From Haloferax volcanii DS2 (lineage in GTDB: Archaea; Halobacteriota; Halobacteria; Halobacteriales; Haloferacaceae), in contig NC_013967.1 of NCBI RefSeq assembly GCF_000025685.1, positions 2,160,001-2,192,000 of the forward strand: DNA of 32,000 nt, read 5' to 3'. The notes below the pieces were generated by a model. That model was not told where the DNA came from and did not search any database. It saw nothing but the letters and a program-made list of their open reading frames with translations. Below, in pieces: positions 21,478 through 29,161 of the stretch. Each line of letters begins with the position of its first letter. The first letter of the stretch is position 1. The position numbers and the translations under genes were made by a program.

Positions 21478-21483
21478 AAAAAA
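21478..21483 (-). terminator. T6 tract (minus strand) ~45 nt downstream of the stop of CDS 21530..21928
   Basis: The minus strand reads ..gaacatccTTTTTTacccc. Oligo-U tracts are the usual haloarchaeal termination signal. Confidence 0.4.
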
Positions 21484-21529
21484 GGATGTTCGAGCGTCGA
21501 GGGGTCGCGGCCCGCCTCAGGGGGCCGAC

Positions 21530-21928
21530 TTAGGGAACCGGCGTGACGCGGTCGACGCCGTCGAGCGCTTCGAGGCCCTCGACGATGGCGTCCTGATCGG
21601 CGATGGCCTCGTAGTAGAACACGAGGTCGAACGTGCCGTCGCGGACGAGCTGTTGGCACTCCCAGACGAACTCGTCGTCCTCAACCGAGAGGCCCTGGAA
21701 CTGGTTCGACGAGAAGTCGGTGTCGTCGTTACCGGCGTGAATCCACGCGTCGCCCTTCCCCGCGTGCTCCGCGATGACATCGTTGATTTCGACGGTCAGC
21801 TCCTGCATCTCCAGGTCCTCGCGACTGGTGAGGTCGGTGTGGACGATGGCCCCGACGAGTTCGATATCGCCGGGTTCGAGCAGCGCGAGGGTCCGCTGGT
21901 AGAGGTCCTCGTCGATGGTCTCGCTCAT
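21530..21928 (-). CDS. conserved acidic hypothetical protein (132 aa)
   Basis: Starts MSETIDEDLYQRTLALLEPGDIELVGAIVHTDL... and is strongly acidic. The longer ORF to 22687 is antisense to uppS and was rejected. TTTGTA sits ~21 nt upstream and a T6 tract lies downstream. Confidence 0.65.
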   Translation of the reverse strand: MSETIDEDLYQRTLALLEPGDIELVGAIVHTDLTSREDLEMQELTVEINDVIAEHAGKGDAWIHAGNDDTDFSSNQFQGLSVEDDEFVWECQQLVRDGTFDLVFYYEAIADQDAIVEGLEALDGVDRVTPVP

Positions 21929-22036
21929 GTCCGAGTCTTCTCGGGGAGGTACAAACGGGTGGCGATTCGTCGCCCGCCGCACCGTGCGACGGTGTAACCC
22001 ACAAGACACATTGCCCCGGGAGACGACCGGCGGTAT

Positions 22037-22966
22037 ATGTTCGGGTGGGTCCGACGCGGCTTTCGACGCGCCTACGAGCGGGTGCTCGACCGGGAGATAG
22101 ACGACGGACCGACCCACGTCGCCATCATTCAGGACGGCAACCGCCGGTACGCCCGGAAGAACGGCGACGACGCCCCCGACGGCCACAAGGCCGGCGCGCA
22201 GACGACCGAGGACGTGTTGACGTGGTGCGAGGAACTCGGCATCGAGGAGCTGACGCTGTACACCTTCTCGACCGAGAACTTCGACCGCCCGGAACACGAG
22301 CGCGGACCCCTCTTCGACCTCATCGAGGACAAGCTCTACGAGTTCGCCGACTCCGAGCGCGTCCACGACCGCGAGGTCGCCGTCCGCGCCATCGGCGAGG
22401 TCCACCTGCTCCCCGACCGCGTCCGCGACGCCGTCGAGTACGCGGAGTCCCGGACCGCCGACTACGACGGCTTCACCCTCAACATCGCCCTCGCGTACGG
22501 CGGCCGGGCGGAACTCCTCGGGGCCGCCCGCGACGTCTGCCGGGCGGTCGAGCGCGGCGACCTCTCGCCCGACGAGGTGGACGTGTCGGCCGTCGACCGC
22601 CGCCTGTCCAGAAAGCCCGTCCGCGACGTGGACCTCATCATCCGCCCCGGCGGCGACGAGCGCACCTCGAACTTCCTGCCGTGGCACGCCAACGGCAACG
22701 AGGCCGCGGTCTACTTCTGTGCGCCCTACTGGCCGGAGTTCTCGAAGGTCGACTTCCTGCGCGGCATCCGCACCTACGAGTCCAGAGAGCAGTCGTGGCA
22801 GCGCACCCGGACCGAGCGCGCCGTCACGCTCGTCCGGGCCGTCGCCGAAGTCGAGTTAGAGGACGCCCGCACGGTCGCGGGTCGCCTCCGCGAGCAACTC
22901 CCCTCGTCCGGGGCCGACGAGGTGTCCGCCGAGTTGGCGAAGCGGACCGACGAGACGGCCGACTGA
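22037..22966 (+). CDS. uppS: cis-prenyltransferase, undecaprenyl-diphosphate synthase family (catalytic-type subunit)
   Basis: Contains HVAIIQDGNRRYA, LTLYTFSTENFDRP, NIALAYGGRAEL and DLIIRPGGDERTSNFLPW. The usual C-terminal RxG (..RRFG) is absent (RTYESREQSWQRT). There is a ~55-aa acidic C-terminal extension. Confidence 0.9.
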   Translation: MFGWVRRGFRRAYERVLDREIDDGPTHVAIIQDGNRRYARKNGDDAPDGHKAGAQTTEDVLTWCEELGIEELTLYTFSTENFDRPEHERGPLFDLIEDKLYEFADSERVHDREVAVRAIGEVHLLPDRVRDAVEYAESRTADYDGFTLNIALAYGGRAELLGAARDVCRAVERGDLSPDEVDVSAVDRRLSRKPVRDVDLIIRPGGDERTSNFLPWHANGNEAAVYFCAPYWPEFSKVDFLRGIRTYESREQSWQRTRTERAVTLVRAVAEVELEDARTVAGRLREQLPSSGADEVSAELAKRTDETAD

Positions 22967-22992
22967 GTCGGCCGTCCGAACTGTTTTCGCGG

Positions 22993-24354
22993 CTATTCGT
23001 CGCCCTGCGCAGCCCCGGCGTCGACGACGCGGCCGTAGAACAGTATCGCGTCCGTCGGCCTGTCGCGGATGCAGAACAGGAACGGTCGGTCGAACCGGAG
23101 TTCGCCCCAGCTCGGCGGCAGCGACGATTCGACGACGACGCCCGTGGCCGCCGCGGCCTCGGTCCCCTCCTCGTCCACGGAGACGAACGACTTGTGGAAC
23201 ACCTCGTCGATGGCGAGACCTGACCCGTCACCCTCGGTCATGCCGCCGAAGTCGGCATCCGGGCCGAACGCGGCGGGCATCCCGAGATCCGACAGCGCCT
23301 CCGAGAGTTGGACCTCGGTCTCGAACTCGAACCGCGGGAGCACGACGTCCCCGATTCGCTCTCGCATCTCCTCGAAGACGCCGAACAGTCGGCTCGCGGT
23401 CAGACTTTGTTCGAACGACTCGAACTCGCCTTCGTCCGGGAGCAAAAGCACCATCGACACGTCCCGGCCGACGTACGGGAGTTCGACGGCCTGCGCGCTC
23501 GGGAAGTCGGCGTAGTTCGCCTTGAGTTCCTGCCGCATGAGCGGCACCGTCGACTCGGACCCGTCCAGCGCGGTGAACGTCCCGTCCTCGGTGTCCTCGG
23601 AGTCGAACGTGTGCGCCCACTGCGCCATGAAGTAGATGGCGTTGGTGAGCACGAGCGCCGTGTCGGGCGTGACGGAGCCAGCCGGAAGCAAGTCCTCGAT
23701 TCGGCCCTCGGTCTGGTCGGCGACCCACTCGTTGATTCGTTCCCGCTCGCCGTCCGGGTCGCCGGCGAAATCGGCCCGTCGAAGCCCGGCCCCGTAGTTC
23801 GATTCGAGGCTGTCGAGGAACGCGTCCGAGAACGCGAACCCCTCGCGCCCCCACAGGGCGTTCGCCACGGCCAATCGGAAGGCGTCGGCTTCGCCGCCGT
23901 CGATTGGGGCCCGAGCCGTCTCTCGCTCTTCGAGCGCCGCCCGTAGATCTGCGAACGCCGGGTGAACGTCCTCGCCGAGCGTGTAGCGGAGCGTCGCTTC
24001 CATCTGTTCGCGGGTCTTCCCGCGAGCGCCCGCGTAGGTCATCGCCAACGCGACGGAGATGCTGTACGGCGAGAGGAACTGGTTGCCGCCCTGTTCGGAC
24101 GCGACCTGTTTGTGCAGGTCGAGGGCGAACTCGGCGTTGCCGGCCGCGAGCGCGGCGAGTCGCTCGTTGTCCACGCTCGGTTCGCCGGTCGGTGGTTCAT
24201 CGTTCGGGGTCTCTGTCGGCGTATCCATCGTCGCAGTTTCGGTGGCCGTCGCCTCGGTTTCGGTCTCGGCGGGCGATTGCCCGTCGCCCGTACAGCCGGC
24301 TATCGTCGCGGCGGCGAGCGCCCCCGACAGCGCCAGCATCTCGCGGCGGTTCAT
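22993..24354 (-). CDS. serpin (serine protease inhibitor) with Tat signal and lipobox
   Basis: The N-terminus MNRREMLALSGALAAATIAGC combines a twin-arginine motif with the IAGC lipobox, followed by a T/E-rich linker. The serpin core includes FLSPYSISVALAMTYAGARGKT. The reactive-centre-loop hinge is EEGTEAAAATGVVVESSLPP (23110-23172), followed by FDRPFLFCIRD. Confidence 0.88.
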   Translation of the reverse strand: MNRREMLALSGALAAATIAGCTGDGQSPAETETEATATETATMDTPTETPNDEPPTGEPSVDNERLAALAAGNAEFALDLHKQVASEQGGNQFLSPYSISVALAMTYAGARGKTREQMEATLRYTLGEDVHPAFADLRAALEERETARAPIDGGEADAFRLAVANALWGREGFAFSDAFLDSLESNYGAGLRRADFAGDPDGERERINEWVADQTEGRIEDLLPAGSVTPDTALVLTNAIYFMAQWAHTFDSEDTEDGTFTALDGSESTVPLMRQELKANYADFPSAQAVELPYVGRDVSMVLLLPDEGEFESFEQSLTASRLFGVFEEMRERIGDVVLPRFEFETEVQLSEALSDLGMPAAFGPDADFGGMTEGDGSGLAIDEVFHKSFVSVDEEGTEAAAATGVVVESSLPPSWGELRFDRPFLFCIRDRPTDAILFYGRVVDAGAAQGDE

Positions 24355-24425
24355 GTTGGAGCGTTCAACTGTCTAACAATATGTCTTCTGTACGCACAAA
24401 CGGCTCTTTGGGAGACGGCGACGGG

Positions 24426-24794
24426 TCACGCCAGCGGTCGAACCCGCCGTCGGAACGTCCGCCAGCAGAACCACGCCAGTAGCGTGGCGCTCTGGCCGAG
24501 CACGATGGCGACGAACTCGGCTTCGTACCGCGGCCCCAACAGTAGCACCGCCCCGCCGTAGGCGACGGTCGGAGCCCACGAGCGCCAGCCCTCGTAACGC
24601 GATTCGAGGAACAGCCACGGCGGAACGACAGCGACGCCGACGAGCGCCCACGGCCAGTCCGGCTGGGCGGGCTGATTGAGCCAGAGAACGAGCGGCACTG
24701 TGAGCGCGAACATGACGTGTCCGTCTTCGAGCCACTCGCTGGCCGGCGGTGGCGGCGGGAGAAGGTCCGTTCTGTCGGTCGAGGTGGAGGGCAT
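24426..24794 (-). CDS. small membrane protein, unknown function
   Basis: Three hydrophobic segments (VMFALTVPLVLWL, WALVGVAVVPPWLFL, FVAIVLGQSATLLAWFCW) and a basic C-terminus. The ATG at 24794 is preferred over the TTG at 24815. Confidence 0.5.
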   Translation of the reverse strand: MPSTSTDRTDLLPPPPPASEWLEDGHVMFALTVPLVLWLNQPAQPDWPWALVGVAVVPPWLFLESRYEGWRSWAPTVAYGGAVLLLGPRYEAEFVAIVLGQSATLLAWFCWRTFRRRVRPLA

Positions 24795-24934
24795 TAGGGA
24801 CGTGTTGCTATTCAATCAACATCTGTGTGCGGTCGAGGAGGACGCGTCGGCAACGCCGCCACGCGATTCGCCCTAGCGGCCGAACTTCTGTCGCACTCTT
24901 CGAGCGCGACAGCGGTTGGCCGATTCGCTGACGC

Positions 24935-25543
24935 TCATCGGCCAAACCTCCTCTGACGGTCCTGATAGTCCCGCAACGCCCGCAGGTAGTCCCGCTTCCT
25001 GAAGTCTCGCCAGTTCACGTCGGTGAAGTAGAGTTCGGCGTAGACGGACTGCCAAATCATGAAGTCCGACAGGCGCTCCGCGCCCGTCTTGACCACGAAG
25101 TCGGGTTCGTCGGGGAACACGAGTCGCTGTTCGATGTCCGCGGCGTCGATGTCGTCGGGCTCGAGCGCGCCCTCGTCGACCTCCCCGGCCAGCGACCGGA
25201 CGACCGACGCGAACTCGCGTTTCCCGCCGAGGCCGATACTGACCTGTACGGGGGCGTCGGCGCGCTCGGTGTCGCCCGGCTCGCGAAGCTCGACTCGGTG
25301 CGGAACGTCGAGGTCGCGGAGTTCGCGGGCGAGCGTCGGGACGACCGCCTCGTCGAGGACGCTCACGGAGATGGTGACGCGGTCGCTCCCGAACTCGAAC
25401 GCCCAGCCGACGAACGCTTCGAGCGTCTCGTAGGCGCCCTGTTCCAGCAGGTCGCGCTCGGTGATGACGAGCGCGACGTGCTCGGGGGCGTCGGCGTCGT
25501 CGAGGCGGAACCGGAGGGCGAGATAGGAGTCGTACAGTCCCAC
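24935..25543 (-). CDS. UppS-like cis-prenyltransferase paralog lacking catalytic N-terminal motifs but retaining the C-terminal RxG (accessory-subunit-like)
   Basis: Inferred GTG start (MGLYDSYLALRF...). HVALVITERDLLE replaces HVAIIxDGNRRYA, and ISVSVLDEA replaces FSxEN. It retains DFVVKTGAERLSDFMIWQSVYAELYF and ends ..YQDRQRRFGR. The long ORF to 25948 was rejected. Confidence 0.75.
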   Translation of the reverse strand: MGLYDSYLALRFRLDDADAPEHVALVITERDLLEQGAYETLEAFVGWAFEFGSDRVTISVSVLDEAVVPTLARELRDLDVPHRVELREPGDTERADAPVQVSIGLGGKREFASVVRSLAGEVDEGALEPDDIDAADIEQRLVFPDEPDFVVKTGAERLSDFMIWQSVYAELYFTDVNWRDFRKRDYLRALRDYQDRQRRFGR

Positions 25544-25662
25544 GGGAATCGTTCTCGCGGCGATTCTCCTAACGCTTCGGGTTCGGCGTCGGCCCGAGAT
25601 TCCGCCCCTCGACACCGGTCCGCAGACCCGCGGTTGTGCGGTCGTCGGTGATGTCGGGAGGG

Positions 25663-25668
25663 TTAAGT
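25663..25668 (+). promoter_or_regulatory. TATA-like box TTAAGT, ~23 nt upstream of GTG 25692 (DUF92 gene)
   Basis: Plus-strand hexamer at about -29..-24. Confidence 0.35.
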
Positions 25669-25691
25669 GCGCGTCGGGGATACCGAATGGT

Positions 25692-27005
25692 GTGACTTCC
25701 ACGGTACGGCGAGCGGGCGGGTTCGCGGTCGTCGGGACGTTGGCCCTCGCGGCCCCCAGTCTCGGCGCGGCCGCGTTCGCGCCCTTCGCCGCAGTCGCGC
25801 TCTTGGCGGCGTTCGTCGTCGACGACGGCCCGCTGTTCGAGTTGTTCGCGCGCCCCGGCGACCGGCAGGACGGCCGGCTCAACGGACTCGCCGGGTTCGC
25901 GCTGGCCGCGACCGGCCTCGCCCTCTTGGCGACGGTCCCGCGCGTCACGATGCCGCTTTCGGTGTTCGCCGCCGCGGTGTTGATACTCGCCTACGGCAAC
26001 CTCGGCGCGCGACTGGTGGATTCGAGAACGTCCGACGAGTCGCTTCGCGCGGCGGGCTTCGTCGCGGCCGCGGTCCTCGCAGGGACCGCGGGACAGGCGG
26101 CAATCGCGTCGCTGACGGGCGAGGCGATGCTGCTCGCCCGATTCACCCTCCTCGCGGCCGTCGGCGGTCTCGTCGGCGCGGTGCTCCGGACGGCCCTCTA
26201 CGAGCGCGACGACCCGCTCGTCATGCTCTCTATCGGCCTCGTCCTGTGGGGCGTCGAGGTGCTCGCGGGGCCGGTGTCGCCGACGCAGACCGGCGTCGCG
26301 CTCGCCCTCACGGTCGCGCTCGGCTACGCCGCCTACGCCCTCGGCACGGCCTCAGTCGCCGGCATGATTACCGGCGTCCTCCTGCTCCTCTTTGCGGTCG
26401 TCTTCGGCGACTTCGGCTGGGCGCTCGTGCTCGTCTCCTTCTTCGGCGTCGGTGCGCTCGCCACCAAGTTCCGGTACGACAGCAAGGCCGAACGCGGCGT
26501 CGCCGAGGACAACGACGGCGCTCGCGGCACCGGCAACGTCCTCGGCAACTCGGGCGTCTCGCTCGTCGCCGTCGTCGGCTACGCCGCGGCGCAAACGCTC
26601 GGCTACCCGTTCGTCAGCGACCTACTCGTCCTCGCATTCGCCGGGTCGGCCGCCGCCGCGATGAGTGACACGCTCTCCAGCGAAATCGGCGGGCTGTTCG
26701 ACCAGCCGCGGCTCATCACCTCGCTCAAGCCCGTCCCGGCGGGGACCGACGGCGCGGTGACGTGGCAGGGCGAGGTCGCCGGCGCGGTGGGCGCTGCCTT
26801 CGTGGCCGGCGTGAGCGTGCTGGTGCTCCCCATCCCGGCTCAGACGGCCGCCATCGCGATTCTCGCCGGCGGCCTCGTCGGCATGACCGTCGATAGCCTC
26901 CTCGGCGCGACGGTCGAAGGGGCCGGCCTCGGCAATCAGGCGGTCAACTTCCTCGCCACGTTCGCCGGCGCGCTGGGCGCGGTCATCGTCTGGATTCCGC
27001 TGTGA
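25692..27005 (+). CDS. polytopic membrane protein with C-terminal DUF92 (TMEM19/COG1836) domain
   Basis: 437 aa with more than 10 predicted TM segments. DUF92 hallmarks are FFGVGALATKFRYDSKAERGVAED..GARGTGNVLGNSG, AAAAMSDTLSSEIG and PAGTDGAVTWQGEVAG. The N-terminal ~200 aa are an additional hydrophobic module. GTG start with TTAAGT ~23 nt upstream. Confidence 0.75.
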   Translation: MTSTVRRAGGFAVVGTLALAAPSLGAAAFAPFAAVALLAAFVVDDGPLFELFARPGDRQDGRLNGLAGFALAATGLALLATVPRVTMPLSVFAAAVLILAYGNLGARLVDSRTSDESLRAAGFVAAAVLAGTAGQAAIASLTGEAMLLARFTLLAAVGGLVGAVLRTALYERDDPLVMLSIGLVLWGVEVLAGPVSPTQTGVALALTVALGYAAYALGTASVAGMITGVLLLLFAVVFGDFGWALVLVSFFGVGALATKFRYDSKAERGVAEDNDGARGTGNVLGNSGVSLVAVVGYAAAQTLGYPFVSDLLVLAFAGSAAAAMSDTLSSEIGGLFDQPRLITSLKPVPAGTDGAVTWQGEVAGAVGAAFVAGVSVLVLPIPAQTAAIAILAGGLVGMTVDSLLGATVEGAGLGNQAVNFLATFAGALGAVIVWIPL

Positions 27006-27457
27006 CGGGGGGACACGGCCGTGACGGGGGCGACGCCGACGTGGCGGGCGTTCGACCCGCCCGCGACACCGACCTGCCGGCCGTCGAGTCGCTCCAGCGA
27101 TTCGTCTCTCATCCGTCGCCCGGCCTCTTGGACGCGTGGCCCGCCGTCGGCACGCTGCTCGTCGCCGTCGACGCCGACGACCGGCCGGTCGGCTACCTGC
27201 TCGGCGTCGGCGCGCACCTGACCGAACTCGCCGTCTCGCCGGACCATCGACGCGAAGGGCGCGCCACCGCGCTCGTGGAAGCCTTCCGCGACGCGCACCG
27301 CTCGGGCGCTGACGCGGCCGACGCGCCGCTCACGTTGTTGGTCCATCCGGAGAACGACGGCGCGCGCGCCTGCTACGAAGCACTCGGGTTCCGGCGGGAC
27401 GCCCGCGTCCCCGACGCGTTCGACGGCGACGACGGGCTTCGGCTCGTCCTCGACTGA
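27002..27457 (+). CDS. GNAT-family N-acetyltransferase
   Basis: Contains VGYLLGVG..HLTELAVSPDHRREGRATALVEAF (acetyl-CoA motif A-like R-x-x-G-x-A) and NDGARACYEALGFRR. The GTG overlaps the DUF92 stop (GTGA). GTG 27041 is an alternative start. Confidence 0.8.
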   Translation: MTGGHGRDGGDADVAGVRPARDTDLPAVESLQRFVSHPSPGLLDAWPAVGTLLVAVDADDRPVGYLLGVGAHLTELAVSPDHRREGRATALVEAFRDAHRSGADAADAPLTLLVHPENDGARACYEALGFRRDARVPDAFDGDDGLRLVLD

Positions 27458-27519
27458 TTGCGGCCGGTCGCCTCGGTCGATGTCGCGGTGTGGCTTGTCC
27501 CGTCGGGTCTTCAGTCGCT

Positions 27520-28938
27520 TCAGTCGAGGAGCTGGTCCGCGGTTCTGACGCGGACGCTGACGGGCTTTTTGACGTACTCGCCGGCCGAGCGCGCCACGAC
27601 GTGCCCGACGCCGCGCTGGGCCGCGATGTCGACGAGTTTCTGACTCGCCTCGCCGTCGACGACGACGATTGCCGGGGCGGGGTCGGCGTACTCGACGGTG
27701 TCGTAGACCTTCTCGACCGCGACCTCGTCGTCGATGTCGAGGCCGTCGTTCAGGAGGCGTGCCATGCCGCTCTCGTCGGCGATGACCGCCTGCACGTGGT
27801 CGGTGAGCGAGGGTCGCTCGTCGGCGGGGTCGACCGCCTCGGTGACGGCATCGACCTCGGACTCGGTGAACACCTCCGCGTCGGCGGCGTCGCCGTCGGC
27901 CGCCGGGTTCTCGCTCACGGCGTCCGCGGGCCGCTCGACCGCGACGGTGCCACCGTTACCGCCCTCGGCGGTGGGGTCGGTGACCGCGTCGGCCGACCCG
28001 TTGATGGGGCCGTCTGCGGGTGGAGTCGACGACGCCTCAGTCGTCGGCGACTCCGTGTGAGGGTCCGTCGGAGCCTCCCCCGCCCCCGTCCCGTTGGCGG
28101 CGGCGACGGCGGCCCGGAAGTCTCCGTCGCCGTCGTCCGGAAGCGACGAGAGCGCGACCTTGTTCCGGAGGGCGCGGACGACCGACGCGCGGTCGAGGTC
28201 CTCGACCGACCGGCCGTCGGGCGCGAACGCGACGTAATCAACGTCGCCGACCTGCGAGAGTTCCCGCAGGATGAGTTCGCCGCCGCGGTCGCCGTCGAGG
28301 AACGCCGTGACGGTCCGTTCTTGGGTGAGGCCGGCGACCGCGTCGGGGACGTTCGTTCCCTCGACGGCGACGGCGTTTTTGATGCCGTAGCGGAGGAGGG
28401 TGAGCACGTCGGCGCGTCCCTCGACGACGATGATGGCGTCGGAATCGGCGACGCGGGGGCCCGCCGGGAGGCCCTGGTACTCGGTGATATCCTCGACGCG
28501 GACGCTCTCTTTGACCGCTTCGAGGATTTCCGTCGAAGACATCACGGTGTCGTCGAACGACTCCGCGAGCAGTTCCTTGGCGCGCTCGACGACCATCCGG
28601 CGCTTGGCCTCGCGCACGTCCTCGATGTTCGTGACCTCGATGACGGCCTGGCAGGGACCGACGCGGGTCAGCGTCTCCAGCGAGGCCGCGAGGATGGCCG
28701 TCTCGGCCTTGTCGAGGCTGCTGGCGATGGTCATCTGGCCGAACGAGTGGCCGTTTTCCGAGTCTATCTGTACGTCTATCCGACCGACCTTGGAGGACTG
28801 TTGGAGGTCGCGGAGGTCGAGTTCGTCGCCGAGGAGGCCCTCGGTCTGCCCGAAGACGGCCCCGACGACGTCGCTCCGTTCGACGACCCCGTCGGCGGAG
28901 ATGGAAGCGTGAATGAGATATTTTGAAGTGTCGTCCAT
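27520..28938 (-). CDS. dnaG: archaeal DnaG primase-like protein (Toprim; exosome-associated)
   Basis: The N-terminus is KYLIHASISADGVVERSDVVGAVFGQTEGLLG. Toprim motifs are IIVVEGRADVLTLLRYGI and FLDGDRGGE. A ~110-aa acidic, low-complexity linker precedes the C-terminal domain. GTG 28950 is an alternative start. Confidence 0.9.
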   Translation of the reverse strand: MDDTSKYLIHASISADGVVERSDVVGAVFGQTEGLLGDELDLRDLQQSSKVGRIDVQIDSENGHSFGQMTIASSLDKAETAILAASLETLTRVGPCQAVIEVTNIEDVREAKRRMVVERAKELLAESFDDTVMSSTEILEAVKESVRVEDITEYQGLPAGPRVADSDAIIVVEGRADVLTLLRYGIKNAVAVEGTNVPDAVAGLTQERTVTAFLDGDRGGELILRELSQVGDVDYVAFAPDGRSVEDLDRASVVRALRNKVALSSLPDDGDGDFRAAVAAANGTGAGEAPTDPHTESPTTEASSTPPADGPINGSADAVTDPTAEGGNGGTVAVERPADAVSENPAADGDAADAEVFTESEVDAVTEAVDPADERPSLTDHVQAVIADESGMARLLNDGLDIDDEVAVEKVYDTVEYADPAPAIVVVDGEASQKLVDIAAQRGVGHVVARSAGEYVKKPVSVRVRTADQLLD

Positions 28939-29161
28939 TGGTGAAGTCACCCCGCTGGGGGTGGTGATGTGATGGTTGTGATGGCGTCATGGGCGGAACC
29001 CACGAACGTCATTATATAAGTTGCGCCCGAGGGAAATATCTATCGTGGCCGACGGTTCGAACGTCAGTTAGTCGTTCGTCTCGTCCCCGAAATCCGCTCC
29101 GTCGCCGGCGAATCCCCGCGTTCCGTCCGCCGCCAGCGACCGCCGCCGACCGCCCGATTCG

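Noticed and set aside
19601-21997. 798-aa plus-strand ORF, the longest in the window
   Set aside because: It runs antisense to sirC, ahbAB and the 132-aa gene. Its composition is low-complexity and rich in R/A/S/V/G/D with no motifs. The opposite strand carries clear family signatures. This is a typical shadow ORF of high-G+C DNA.
21929-22687. N-terminal 253-aa extension of ORF 21530..22687
   Set aside because: The extension is antisense to uppS and has no coding character. The acidic conserved-looking protein begins at MSETIDEDLY (ATG 21928) and has a TATA-like box upstream.
25544-25948. N-terminal extension of ORF 24935..25948 (337 aa)
   Set aside because: The extension is A/R/P/S-rich low complexity and overlaps the DUF92 gene in antisense. 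Similarity to UppS begins at GLYDSYLALRF, immediately after an in-frame GTG at 25543.
27490-28926. 478-aa plus-strand ORF
   Set aside because: It is antisense to dnaG, whose Toprim motifs are on the minus strand.
28955-28985. Triple GTGATG direct repeat (ggtGATGtGATGgttGTGATGg) upstream of dnaG
   Set aside because: It is too short and degenerate to call a repeat element. It probably just lies within the dnaG 5' UTR.
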